From Acidimicrobiales bacterium (GTDB taxonomy: Bacteria > Actinomycetota > Acidimicrobiia > Acidimicrobiales > CAIXPF01), in the NCBI GenBank assembly GCA_038255145.1, contig JBBSLP010000001.1, forward strand, positions 3,682 to 67,681: a stretch of DNA of 64,000 nt, given 5' to 3'. Positions 1-9,021 of the stretch are shown here, one piece after another (within the stretch, counting starts at the first letter, position 1; each line of letters opens with the position of its first letter). A model generated the notes under the pieces. The model did not search any database. It saw only the letters and a list, made by a program, of their open reading frames with translations, and had not been told where the DNA came from. The translations under genes and the position numbers were made by a program.

Positions 1-720
1 GACCTCCGCAGCGGCGTCCCCGGCCGGCGAGGCGACGGTCGGCGTGGCCTGGGCGCCCAGTTCGGCGTTCTCGACGATCTGGCCCCCACCCGAAGCGATC
101 AGGGCGTTCACCCACACCATGAGGCCCTCGTAGCGGCGACCCTGCACGCCGATGCGCTTGCCCTGGTCCTCGGCGGCGTCGATCATCTGGTCCCAGGTGA
201 AGCCGTCGGCCGTGGGATCGACACCGGCGGCCTCGGCCACCGACCTTCGGTACCAGAGCAACTGGGTGTTGGCCCAGAAGGGGGCCGTCACCAGCTGGCC
301 CTCCCAGGACGCCGTCTCCAGGGGGCCGTCGAGCACACCCTCGGTGAAGGCGGCCACATCGCCGGGATCGGTGATGGGCTTGAGGTAGCCGGCGTTGGCG
401 AACTCGGCCACGAAGGGCGGGTCCAGGCTCATCAGGTCGATGGACGAGTCCTCGGCCGCCAGGCGGCGCACCAGCTGTTCACGCTGGGCGTCGGCCTCGT
501 TGGGCAGGATCTGGGTGGTGATGGTGAAGGCACCGCCCGACGCGGCCGAGCACTTCTGGGCCAGCGTCTTCTGGCCGCCGTTGTCGGGGTTGATGTACCA
601 GGTGAGCTGGGGCACGCCGCTGTCACCGCCGCCGCAGCCGGCCAGGGCCACCGGCGCGACGAGCGCCATGGCCACGAGCAGCCCCCGCACACGGCGGACG
701 CTTCGTCCTCTTGCCGACAT
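1..720 (-). CDS. ABC transporter extracellular solute-binding lipoprotein (family 1, sugar-type); C-terminal part cut off by the window edge
   Basis: Not in the ORF track because it runs off the window. The reverse complement from ATG at 720 reads MSARGRSVRRVRGLLVAMALVAPVALAGCGGGDSGVPQLTWYINPDNGGQKTLAQKC...LMSLDPPFVAEFANAGY...APFWANTQLLWYRR. It has a signal peptide with lipobox LAGC and a family-1 SBP-like sequence. Confidence 0.75.
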   Translation of the reverse strand, partial: MSARGRSVRRVRGLLVAMALVAPVALAGCGGGDSGVPQLTWYINPDNGGQKTLAQKCSAASGGAFTITTQILPNEADAQREQLVRRLAAEDSSIDLMSLDPPFVAEFANAGYLKPITDPGDVAAFTEGVLDGPLETASWEGQLVTAPFWANTQLLWYRRSVAEAAGVDPTADGFTWDQMIDAAEDQGKRIGVQGRRYEGLMVWVNALIASGGGQIVENAELGAQATPTVASPAGDAAAEV

Positions 721-892
721 CGGGCCCCCCCTCTTGCCGTCACCTGTACGTGTAGCACCATCCGCCCCTGGTAGGCGGCAGAAAACTCCACAACTGCATC
801 AGGGAACGGGGCCTACCTCCAGATGTGCCCGGGTGAACCGCGCTGACCGAAGACGGTGTGACCACGGCCGGGAACGCCGTACCCTGCCCCCC

Positions 893-1333
893 ATGCGCCG
901 CATGTCCCGCCTCGTGCCCGTCCTCGCCCTCGTCGCCCTCGGGCTGGTCGCATGCGGTGGTGGCGACGACGACGCATCGACGCCGACCACCGGGGCCGTG
1001 ACCACCACCACGGCCGAGGCCGCCACCACGACCAGCGGCAGTGGCAGTGGGTCGTCGACGACCGCAGCCGGTGGCGGTGGTTCCGGCAGCGGGGGCGACG
1101 CCGCCCTGGGCCAGACGGTGTGTGACCTGTTGACCAAGGTCAACGATGACCTCGGCGACGGCGCCGACCCCACCGAGTACATGTCCCAGTTCTTCTTCGC
1201 CGCCGCGTCCGAGCTCAGCGTCACCCAGTTGGGCCAGCTGGGCTCGGCCGAAGCGGGGGTGTCCTCCCGCTGCCCCGACGAGCTGAAGACGTTCCTCGAC
1301 CGGGCCGACCTGGACTCGCTCCGCGGCATCTGA
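893..1333 (+). CDS. Putative lipoprotein of unknown function
   Basis: Inner ATG of ORF 395..1333: MRRMSRLVPVLALVALGLVACGGGDDD (lipobox LVAC), then a Thr/Gly/Ser-rich linker and a small C-terminal domain. The upstream part of the ORF is Arg/Pro-rich shadow sequence. Confidence 0.6.
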   Translation: MRRMSRLVPVLALVALGLVACGGGDDDASTPTTGAVTTTTAEAATTTSGSGSGSSTTAAGGGGSGSGGDAALGQTVCDLLTKVNDDLGDGADPTEYMSQFFFAAASELSVTQLGQLGSAEAGVSSRCPDELKTFLDRADLDSLRGI

Positions 1334-1587
1334 GCGAGCCTCGGACCGAACGCCGAGCCTCGGACCGGGCGCTGAGCTGAGGCGGGCGGGCTGAGGCTCC
1401 TGGCCCCGGTGGGTCCCTGCCCGCCCCCACCTGCAAGGCGGCCGCCCCGTACGAGCCCGGCGGCCCCCCACCTGCCCGTGGCCCGGGTCCTGGCCGGCGG
1501 CGGGGATGGCTGGCCGGGTGACCTCAGGGCCTTCGCCGACGCCGTGGTCGGTGCCGACCTGATGCTGTTGCCGGCCTGCACCTGCCC

Positions 1588-2880
1588 TCAGACGGCGGGC
1601 ACGCCCTCGCTGAGCAGCTCGTCGACGACGGCGTCCTGGTGGGGGGCGACGACCTGCTCGGTGGCCGCCCGGTTGCGGTTGCGGCTCCAGCCCCAGCCCG
1701 CGGCGGCCATGGCGGCGACACCGCCGATGGCGACGCCGGTGCGGGCCCCGAACTGCTCGCACACCACCCCGAGGATGGGACCGCCGATGGGGGTGGACCC
1801 CAGGAACACCATGGATTGCAGGGCCAGCACCCGGCCCCGCATGGAGGGATCGGCCCGCATCTGCACGATGGAGGTGGAGGCGGTCATGAAGGTGATGCTG
1901 GCCAACCCGACCAGCAGGGCCACGGGGAAGGCGATGGCCTGGTTGGGGGAGATGGCCAGCAGCAGCATGGTGACCCCGAAGGCCGCCGCGGCCAGGGTGA
2001 CGTCGCGGACGTCGATCTGCTTGCGCCGGGCCACGGCCAGCGCCCCGATGAGGGAGCCGGCGCTCAGCACCGAGAACAGCAGGGTGAAGGTGGTGCTGCT
2101 GCCGTGCAGGCTGCGGGTGGCGAAGAGCGGGAACACGACCTGGAAGTTGAAGGTGAACGTGCCCACGATGGCCATCATCACCAGGGGCACCCACAGGTCC
2201 CGGACCCCGGCGACGTACGTCAGGCCCGCCCGGACCTGCTTCTTGGCCCGCCGGGCCACGGGGGCGGGGCGCAGCTCCTCGTTGCGCACCATGGCCAGGC
2301 CGGTGAGCACGGCGATGTAGGAGAAGGCATCGATGGTGAAGGCCCAGCCGTAGCCGAAGAAGTAGATGAGGGCGCCCGCCGCGGCCGGGCCCACCACCCG
2401 TGACCCCGTCATCAGGGCGCTGTTGAGGCTGACGGCGTTGTTGACGTCGTCCTCGGGCACCATCTCGACCACGAAGGATCGCCGGGTCGGGTTGTCGAAG
2501 GCCGTGGCCACACCGCCGGCCAGGGCCACCAGGAACAGGGTCCAGATGGGCGGGGTGCCGCTGAAGGCCAGGGCGGCCAGGGCGAAGGACTGCAGCATGG
2601 CGAAGCTCTGCACGACGATGAGCAGGCGGCGCTTGTCGGAGCGGTCCGCCACCAGGCCGGCCCACGCCCCCAGGAGCAGCACGGGCAGGAACTGGCAGGC
2701 GGTGAGCAGCCCGACGTAGATGCCGCTACCAGTGATCTTGAGGATGAAGAGCGTCTGGGCCACGAGCGTGAGCCAGTTGCCGACCTGGGAGACGAGCTGG
2801 CCGGCGAAGAACAGCCGGAAGTTGCGGACGTGGAGCGAGCGGAAGGTCTCCCCCGCCCCGTTGCGCAGGCGGCTCCTCAT
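1588..2880 (-). CDS. MFS transporter (EntS/MFS_3-like)
   Basis: 430 aa and multi-TM. N-terminus FRSLHVRNFRLFFAGQLVSQVGNWLTLVAQTLF is typical of this MFS subfamily. There is a 4-bp ATGA overlap with the upstream MarR gene. Confidence 0.85.
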   Translation of the reverse strand: MRSRLRNGAGETFRSLHVRNFRLFFAGQLVSQVGNWLTLVAQTLFILKITGSGIYVGLLTACQFLPVLLLGAWAGLVADRSDKRRLLIVVQSFAMLQSFALAALAFSGTPPIWTLFLVALAGGVATAFDNPTRRSFVVEMVPEDDVNNAVSLNSALMTGSRVVGPAAAGALIYFFGYGWAFTIDAFSYIAVLTGLAMVRNEELRPAPVARRAKKQVRAGLTYVAGVRDLWVPLVMMAIVGTFTFNFQVVFPLFATRSLHGSSTTFTLLFSVLSAGSLIGALAVARRKQIDVRDVTLAAAAFGVTMLLLAISPNQAIAFPVALLVGLASITFMTASTSIVQMRADPSMRGRVLALQSMVFLGSTPIGGPILGVVCEQFGARTGVAIGGVAAMAAAGWGWSRNRNRAATEQVVAPHQDAVVDELLSEGVPAV

Positions 2881-3401
2881 CGCTCCACCCTGGTGGGGTT
2901 GCTCAGCCGTTCGAGCACGGCGGCGGCGGCGTCCAGCTTGGCCAGGTCGTCGGGGTCGAGCTCACCGATCTGGCCGACCAGCCAGGCCGTGCGCCGGCTG
3001 CGGTTCTCCTCGATCTGGGCCCGACCGGCGTCGGTCAGCACCACCCGACTGACGCGGCGGTCGGCGGGGTCGCTCTCACGCACCACCAGGCCGCCGTCCT
3101 CGAGCTTGGCCACCACCTTGGTCATGGTCGGGGGGGCCACGTGCTCGAGGGCGGCCAGCTCGCCCAGGGTGGGGGAACCGGTGCGGCCGATGGAGGCCAG
3201 GGCGGCGCCGGCGGTGGCCCCCAGGGTGCCGCGGTCCTGGTGGCGCAGGAGCCGGGCCAGGCGGGCCACGGCGAAGCGCAGGCGGCTGGACAGGGCCACC
3301 AGATCGACGGTGTCGGCGGCGGCGTCCGTCGGGGCCGCGTCGTCCCCGGGAGGGGTGGCGTCGACACCCGGGGGGCCGAGAAGGGGGGGTTCGGTCATCA
3401 C
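2877..3401 (-). CDS. MarR family transcriptional regulator
   Basis: 174 aa. Winged-HTH core LGELAALEHVAPPTMTKVVAKLEDGGLVVRESDPADRRVSRVVLTDAGRA. Translationally coupled to the MFS gene. Confidence 0.85.
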   Translation of the reverse strand: MMTEPPLLGPPGVDATPPGDDAAPTDAAADTVDLVALSSRLRFAVARLARLLRHQDRGTLGATAGAALASIGRTGSPTLGELAALEHVAPPTMTKVVAKLEDGGLVVRESDPADRRVSRVVLTDAGRAQIEENRSRRTAWLVGQIGELDPDDLAKLDAAAAVLERLSNPTRVER

Positions 3402-3420
3402 GGACGTGACGCTACCGCAG

Positions 3421-3444
3421 GTACTTAGCTAGGGAAACTAACTG
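3421..3444. promoter_or_regulatory. Possible MarR operator (imperfect inverted repeat in a locally AT-richer stretch)
   Basis: GTACTTAGCTAGGGAAACTAACTG sits 20 bp upstream of the marR start in the divergent intergenic region. The half-sites ACTTAG and CTAACT are near reverse complements. Confidence 0.25.
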
Positions 3445-3548
3445 CTGGTCGACGTCGGAGGTCGTTCGTCACCGTCGTCCGTCGGACCTGGTCACCCACG
3501 GTGGCCGACGGAAAGAGACGGTCCGCTGGCGCTACTGTCCGTTCCCGG

Positions 3549-4034
3549 ATGGATGCCTTCATCGCGCTGCTCGTCGCCGTGGTCATGGCGGTGGGGCTCA
3601 TCGGCACCGTGCTCCCGTTCCTGCCCGGTCTGGGCCTCATCTGGCTGGCCGCGGTGGCCTACGGGATCACCACCGGCTTCGGTGCCGTGGGCTGGGTGTG
3701 CCTGGCCGTGGTCACCGTGGTCGGCGCCGCAGGCATCGCCGCCGGCTTCGTGCTCCCCCACCGGGCGGCCCGCCACGCCGGCGCCGCCCGCATCTCCATC
3801 GTGCTGGGCCTGCTCGGTGCCATCGTCGGCTTCTTCGTGGTCCCCGTGGTCGGGTTCCCCCTGGGCGGCGCCCTGGGCATCTACGTGGCCGAGCAGGTGC
3901 GCCTGCACGACCTGCGGGCTGCGGGCCGGGCCACGTGGGCCACCATCGTCGGCTTCGGCGTCGGCTCCCTGGCGCAGTTGGCCGCCGGCCTGGCCATGGT
4001 GGGTTGCTGGGCCGTCTGGGTCCTCGCCGGTTGA
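3549..4034 (+). CDS. DUF456-like small integral membrane protein
   Basis: MDAFIALLVAVVMAVGLIGTVLPFLPGLGLIWLAAVAYG..., four predicted TM helices. The start is ambiguous; the ORF track uses GTG at 3501. Confidence 0.6.
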   Translation: MDAFIALLVAVVMAVGLIGTVLPFLPGLGLIWLAAVAYGITTGFGAVGWVCLAVVTVVGAAGIAAGFVLPHRAARHAGAARISIVLGLLGAIVGFFVVPVVGFPLGGALGIYVAEQVRLHDLRAAGRATWATIVGFGVGSLAQLAAGLAMVGCWAVWVLAG

Positions 4035-4114
4035 GCCGGCGGTGCCCCTGACCGGGGGCGGAACCCCTCCCGGGGGGTAGTCCTGCCTACTCAAGGGGGT
4101 CCATCGGGGCGACG

Positions 4115-4333
4115 ATGACCTCTCCTGTGACCTCGTCTTCTCGCCTCCGTCGGCAGTCGGTGGCCATCGTGCTCGCCGCCGCCGGGATCGTGTCCTCCGT
4201 CGCCCTCCTCGACGCCGCCAGCGACGACACCCCGGCGCGCACCCCGGAGCGTGACGAGGTCGAGCTCATCCTCTCGGGCCTCGGTCTGCTGGGCGGGGGC
4301 ACGGCCGCCCTCCTCCTGCGCCGCCGCATGTAG
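4115..4333 (+). CDS. Small hypothetical membrane protein (72 aa)
   Basis: Two hydrophobic segments (VAIVLAAAGIVSSVALL and LILSGLGLLGGGTAALLL) ending in RRRM. No recognised family. Confidence 0.4.
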   Translation: MTSPVTSSSRLRRQSVAIVLAAAGIVSSVALLDAASDDTPARTPERDEVELILSGLGLLGGGTAALLLRRRM

Positions 4334-4417
4334 CCCCGCCGGCGGCGCCGTGCTGCTGACGACGCGCCTACGCTCCCGGAGCGGTGGCCCCGGCACCGGA
4401 GCCGGGATACCGGACCC

Positions 4418-4427
4418 GGGGGGGGGG
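4418..4427 (+). repeat. G10 homopolymer tract directly upstream of a start codon
   Basis: cccGGGGGGGGGGtgccgacATG; the tract ends 7 nt before ATG 4435. Confidence 0.9.
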
Positions 4428-4434
4428 TGCCGAC

Positions 4435-6405
4435 ATGGCGGTCGAGGGATTCGACATCACCGAACGGGTGCCCTACGACGAGCTGACCTCACGGGCGGAC
4501 CTGGCCGACATCGGCCCCTACGAACGCATCGAAGGCGTGGCCCGCTACGCCGTGGACCCCACGCTGGCGGCCAACGCCGCCATCGTCGACCTGGCCCTGG
4601 TCCCCTCGGACGACGACGGCCTGGTGCGCTTCTCCGGCGACGTCAGCCTGCTGGTGCCCCTCGACCCCCGACGGGCCAACCGGACCCTGCTGCTCGAGGT
4701 CCCCAACCGGGGCAACCGCAGCGCCACCCGCACCTTCGACCAGGCCCCACCCGAGCTCCGGCCCACCGCCCGCATCCACCCCGGCGACGGCTGGCTGTTC
4801 CGGGCCGGCTGGACCGTGGCCTCGTGCGGCTGGCAGTGGGACGTGCCCCGCAGCCCGGCCCGCCTCGGCCTCGACGCCCCCCTGGTCCCCGCCGCCGCCC
4901 TGGGCCCCGACCCCGGGCGCATGCAGCTGCGCTTCCAGCTCCACGCCCCCGTCGACCAGGTGGCCCTGACCGACCAGCACGTGGGCGCCCTCAGCCCCCA
5001 CGACACCATCGCCCCCGCCCGTCTCGACGATCCCGGGGCCGAGCTGCGGGTGGGCCAGCACCCCATGGGCCCGACGATGGTGCTCGACCGCGCCTCGTGG
5101 TCCTTCACCGGGGACGGCGCCCACGTGCGCCTGGACGGCGGCTTCCGGGCGGGCCTGGTCTACGACCTGCTCTACCGGCCCGCCCGCACCCCCGTGGCCG
5201 GGGCCGGCCTGCTGGCCTACCGCGACCTGGGGACCTGGCTGCGCCACTCCCCCGACGCCCCGACCGCCGGGCTCGTCGACCACGTCATCGGCCAGGGCCA
5301 GTCCCAGTGCGGCCGGTTCCTGCGCACCTTCCTGGCCCGGGGCCTCAACGTCGACGAGGCCGGTGACCAGGTGCTCGACGGCGTGCACATCCACATCGCC
5401 GGGGGCCGGGGCGGTGAGTTCGACCACCGCTGGGCCCAGCCCTCGGTGCAGCCCACACCGGGCTTCGGCTTCGTGCTGCCCTTCACCGACGACCCCGCCC
5501 CCGACGCCGGGCACCCCCGGGGCCTGCTCGACCGGCAACGGGCCCTCGGTGGCGTGCCCCGCATCGTGTGCACCGACACGTCAGCCGAGTACTGGCGGGG
5601 CGACGCCTCGCTGGCCCACGCCTCGACCACCGGGGACCGCGACCTGGCCCCCGCCCCCGAGGTGCGCCGCTACCTGCTGGCCTCCAGCCAGCACGGCTCG
5701 GGCTTCCCCGTGCTCGCCTCCACCAGCCTGTTCGGCAGCCGGGGCGTCAACCCCTTCAACATCATCGACCACCGCCCCCTGCTGCGGGCCGCCCTGCACA
5801 ACCTGCGCTCATGGGTAGCCGAAGCCATCGAGCCGCCGGCCAGCCGCATCCCCACCGTGGCCGACGGCACGGCGGTGACCCGCGACCAGGTTCTCGGCGA
5901 CCTGGCCCCCCTGGCCGCGGCCGGGGTGCTGGGCCTGCCCGACACCGAGGCCCTGCCCCGCCTGGCCCCCCTCGACCTCGGGCCCCGGGCCACCCAGGGC
6001 GTGGGCGACGGGCCGGCGCGGGTGGCGGGACCACCCCACACCTCGCTGGTCTCGGCCATCGACGCCGACGGCAACGAGGTGGCCGGCGTGGCCATGCCCG
6101 ACGTGACCGTGCCCGTGGCCACCCACACCGGCTTCGAGCCCCGCCACCCCGACACCGGTGCCGCCGGTCAGATCCTCGACTACCTGGGCTCGACCGTGCC
6201 CTTCGCCGCCACCGAGGCCGACCGCCGACGCACCGGGGACCCCCGGCCCTCCCTGGCCAGCCGCTACGCCGACCAGGCCAGCTACCTGGAGCAGGTGCGG
6301 GGCGCCGCCGATGCGCTCGTGGCCCAGCGCCTACTGCTGGCCGCCGACGTCGAGCTCTGCGTCGCCCTGGCCGCGGCCCGCTGGGACCTGGTCACCGCCG
6401 GTTGA
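4435..6405 (+). CDS. Large conserved hypothetical protein (possibly an alpha/beta-hydrolase-domain family)
   Basis: 656 aa from MAVEGFDITERVPYDEL. LLLEVPNRGNRSATRTF...GDGWLFRAGWTVASCGWQWD resembles uncharacterised hydrolase-fold proteins as I recall them. No catalytic motif was verified. Confidence 0.6.
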   Translation: MAVEGFDITERVPYDELTSRADLADIGPYERIEGVARYAVDPTLAANAAIVDLALVPSDDDGLVRFSGDVSLLVPLDPRRANRTLLLEVPNRGNRSATRTFDQAPPELRPTARIHPGDGWLFRAGWTVASCGWQWDVPRSPARLGLDAPLVPAAALGPDPGRMQLRFQLHAPVDQVALTDQHVGALSPHDTIAPARLDDPGAELRVGQHPMGPTMVLDRASWSFTGDGAHVRLDGGFRAGLVYDLLYRPARTPVAGAGLLAYRDLGTWLRHSPDAPTAGLVDHVIGQGQSQCGRFLRTFLARGLNVDEAGDQVLDGVHIHIAGGRGGEFDHRWAQPSVQPTPGFGFVLPFTDDPAPDAGHPRGLLDRQRALGGVPRIVCTDTSAEYWRGDASLAHASTTGDRDLAPAPEVRRYLLASSQHGSGFPVLASTSLFGSRGVNPFNIIDHRPLLRAALHNLRSWVAEAIEPPASRIPTVADGTAVTRDQVLGDLAPLAAAGVLGLPDTEALPRLAPLDLGPRATQGVGDGPARVAGPPHTSLVSAIDADGNEVAGVAMPDVTVPVATHTGFEPRHPDTGAAGQILDYLGSTVPFAATEADRRRTGDPRPSLASRYADQASYLEQVRGAADALVAQRLLLAADVELCVALAAARWDLVTAG

Positions 6406-6480
6406 TCGGCGCGCCCCGACCCACGCGCCCCGATCGTGGGGCTCGACGTGACCCCGGGGACGAGCTAGACACCGCTGCCC

Positions 6481-8886
6481 ATGGCAGGCATCGACCAGCT
6501 CGTCGTCGTCGAGATCGCGGGATCGGCGGCCGGGGCGTGGGCGGCCCGCCTCTTCGCCGGCGCCGGCGCCCGGGTCATCAAGGTCGTCCCCCCCGGCGAG
6601 GTGGGCGCGGCGACGGACGCCGCCGCCTACTTCGACACGGCCAAGACCGTCGTCGCCGCGACAGGAGCCGAGCTCGAGGCCCTGGTGGTCGGGGCCGACG
6701 TGCTCGTCGAATCGGCCGCCGACGGCCCCCTGGGACCCACCGTCGCCCCCGGGGACCACCCCCACCTGATCCGGGTGCGCATCTCCCCCTTCGGCACCGA
6801 GGGCCCCCACGCCGGCTGGCGCAGCAGTGACCTGGTCATCCAGGCCGCCGGCGGTTACGTGTACCTGTCGGGCCAGCCCGGGCGGGTGCCGCTGCAGGGC
6901 CCCCGCGGCCAGGCCGACCTGGCCGCGGGCGGCTTCGGGGCCATCGGCGCCCTGGCCGCCCTGTTCTCGCGCCGACGCACGGGGGCGGGCCAGACCGTGG
7001 AGGTCTCGGTCCAGGACACCCTGGCCGCGCTGCACCAGTTCACCGAGCTGCGCTACACCCACGCCGGCAACATCCTCATGCGCATGGGCAACCGCTATGC
7101 GGGTCCGGGCAGCCCCATCGGCATGTACCCCACGGCCGACGGCCAGATGGCCCTCACCGTGGCCACCGCGGCCCACATGGAGGTGCTGCTGGCCGTCACC
7201 GGCCTCGAGCACCTGCTGGAACGGCCCGACGTCGACTCCATCATCGACGTCATGGTCAACGACCACATCGTGGTGCCGCCCCTGCTGGAGTGGTTGAGCA
7301 CCCGGACCACGGCCGAGGTGGTGGAGCTGTTCCAGGCCGTGCGCCTGGCTGCGGGCCCGGTGCTCGACATGCACCAGTTGCTCGGGGACGAGCACCTGCG
7401 GGCCCGGGGCTTCTGGCAGCCCATGGAGGTCGACGGGCGTGCCGTGGAGATCCCCGGGGCCCCGTTCCACATCGAGGGCCGGCCGTGGATCAGCACCGCG
7501 CCGACGCCAGGCACGGCCGCCGACGTCGCCGCTGTAGCCGACGCCGCCCCGGCCGCCGGGGGCGAAGGGACGGCGGCGCCGATGGCCACCGAGCTCGCGT
7601 TCGCCGGCCATCCCGCCGCCGGGGGCGACGCCGACGCCCTGCCCCTGGACGGCCTGCGGGTGTTGGACCTGACCCGGGTGTGGGCCGGCCCCCTGGCCTG
7701 CCGCATCCTGTCCGACCTGGGGGCGGACGTGGTCATGGTCGAGGCGCCGTGGCAGCGCATGCCCAGGTTCGTGCCCGACTCGTACGCCCTGTCGACCCAC
7801 TTCATGCCCGACGACGTGGTCGGCGCGCACCCGTGGAACCGCAACGGGTTCATCAACAAGTACGCCCTGGGCAAGCGCTCCGTCGGCGTGGACATGGCCG
7901 TGGCCGAGGGGCGGGCCGTCTTCGAGGAGCTGGTGGCCGCGGTCGACGTGGTCGTGGAGAACTTCAGCCCCCGGGTCATGCCCAACTTCGGCCTGGGCGA
8001 GGACCGGTTGCGGGAGCTGAACCCGGCGCTGATCTACCTGACCATGCCCGGCTACGGGCGTGACGGACCCGCCGCGGACTACTCGGCCTACGGGCCCGTG
8101 CTCGACTCCCACGCCGGGCTGTCCACCCTCATGGGGTACGAGGGCATGACGGCGTGGAAGTGCGGCATCGCCTGGCCCGACCCCGTCGGCGGCATCCACG
8201 GGGCGGTGGCCGCCCTGCTCGCCCTGTGGGACCGCGACGCCGATCCCGACCACGGCGGGCGCACCATCGAGCTGGCCCAGTTCGAGACGGCCGTGGCCAT
8301 GATCGGTGACCGCCTGGTCGAGGCCCAGCTGACCGGCACCCTGCCGCCCCTGCCCGGCAACCGCCACCCCGACCATGCCCCCCAGGGCGTCTACCCCAGC
8401 GCCGGCGACGACCGCTGGCTGGCCCTGACCGTGCCCGACGACGACACCTGGGCCCGCCTCTGCGCCCTGGCCGGCCTGCCTGCCCACTGGGCCGGGCTGG
8501 GAGCGTCCGAGCGCCGGGCCCGCCACGACGAGCTCGACGCCGCCCTGTCGACGTGGACGGCGACCCGTGACCACCTCGAGCTGGCCGACGAGCTCCAGGC
8601 TGCCGGGGTGCCCGCGGCCGCCGTTCTCGACGGCGGCGAGCTGGTCGAGGACCGCCACCTCGGGGCCCGGGCCATGTTCGTCGAGCTCACCCACCCCGAG
8701 GCCGGCACCCACCGCTGGCCCCGGTCCCCCGCCCTGCTGTCGGCGGCCGACACCGCCCCCACCGGCCCCGCCCCCCTGCTGGGCCAGCACAACGCCGAGG
8801 TCCTCACGGCGTGGGCCGGCCTCGGCGCCGACGAGCTGGCCGCCCTCGAGGCCAGCGGCGTGGTGGCCACCGAACCCCCCGAGTAG
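6481..8886 (+). CDS. Tandem-fused family III (CaiB/BaiF) CoA-transferase, two domains in one chain
   Basis: 801 aa. N-half starts DQLVVVEIAGSAAGAWAARLFAGAGARVIKV. The second copy starts LDGLRVLDLTRVWAGPLACRILSDLGADVVMVEAP. An Ala/Gly/Asp-rich linker joins them. Confidence 0.8.
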   Translation: MAGIDQLVVVEIAGSAAGAWAARLFAGAGARVIKVVPPGEVGAATDAAAYFDTAKTVVAATGAELEALVVGADVLVESAADGPLGPTVAPGDHPHLIRVRISPFGTEGPHAGWRSSDLVIQAAGGYVYLSGQPGRVPLQGPRGQADLAAGGFGAIGALAALFSRRRTGAGQTVEVSVQDTLAALHQFTELRYTHAGNILMRMGNRYAGPGSPIGMYPTADGQMALTVATAAHMEVLLAVTGLEHLLERPDVDSIIDVMVNDHIVVPPLLEWLSTRTTAEVVELFQAVRLAAGPVLDMHQLLGDEHLRARGFWQPMEVDGRAVEIPGAPFHIEGRPWISTAPTPGTAADVAAVADAAPAAGGEGTAAPMATELAFAGHPAAGGDADALPLDGLRVLDLTRVWAGPLACRILSDLGADVVMVEAPWQRMPRFVPDSYALSTHFMPDDVVGAHPWNRNGFINKYALGKRSVGVDMAVAEGRAVFEELVAAVDVVVENFSPRVMPNFGLGEDRLRELNPALIYLTMPGYGRDGPAADYSAYGPVLDSHAGLSTLMGYEGMTAWKCGIAWPDPVGGIHGAVAALLALWDRDADPDHGGRTIELAQFETAVAMIGDRLVEAQLTGTLPPLPGNRHPDHAPQGVYPSAGDDRWLALTVPDDDTWARLCALAGLPAHWAGLGASERRARHDELDAALSTWTATRDHLELADELQAAGVPAAAVLDGGELVEDRHLGARAMFVELTHPEAGTHRWPRSPALLSAADTAPTGPAPLLGQHNAEVLTAWAGLGADELAALEASGVVATEPPE

Positions 8887-8973
8887 TCACGCCCCGGTTC
8901 GCCGCAGGCCGGCGTCAGCGGCGAACGCCGCGTAGGCCCTTACGATGGCGTTCACCACGCCGTCCTCGATCAT
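8887..8973 (-). CDS. Candidate 28-aa small ORF
   Basis: GGAGG (rc of 8981-8985), a 7-nt spacer, then ATG at 8973. Peptide is MIEDGVVNAIVRAYAAFAADAGLRRTGA. Too short for the ORF track. Lies downstream of the membrane protein gene on the same strand. Confidence 0.25.
   Translation of the reverse strand: MIEDGVVNAIVRAYAAFAADAGLRRTGA
8897..8926. terminator. Stem-loop between convergent genes
   Basis: GTTCGCCGC (8897-8905) pairs with GCGGCGAAC (8918-8926). 9-bp stem, 12-nt loop, no U tail. Confidence 0.35.
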
Positions 8974-8983
8974 GGTCCAACCT

Positions 8984-9005
8984 CCTGCAACCTCTGAGTT
9001 GCAGG
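8984..9005. terminator. Stem-loop downstream of the minus-strand membrane protein gene
   Basis: CCTGCAAC ctctga GTTGCAGG: perfect 8-bp stem with a 6-nt loop. It partly overlaps the SD of the candidate small ORF. Confidence 0.4.
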
Positions 9006-9021
9006 TGACCGTAGCCGACGC

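Noticed and set aside
1336-1367. The direct repeat GAGCCTCGGACCG x2 (19-bp period) and the GCTGAG triplet just after the lipoprotein stop.
   Set aside because: Short, imperfect, in a convergent intergenic region and with no associated structure. Probably slippage noise.
740-2665. A 641-aa minus-strand ORF, and similar very long ORFs antisense to or out of frame with real genes (6331-8790 minus, 28026-30581 plus, 31549-33030 plus, 43407-46406 plus, 47434-50151 plus, 58873-61044 minus, 9713-11737 minus).
   Set aside because: Their translations are Arg/Gly/Pro/His-rich and low in complexity with no motifs. Each overlaps a gene that has clear family signatures on the other strand or in another frame. 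These are typical shadow ORFs of very GC-rich DNA.
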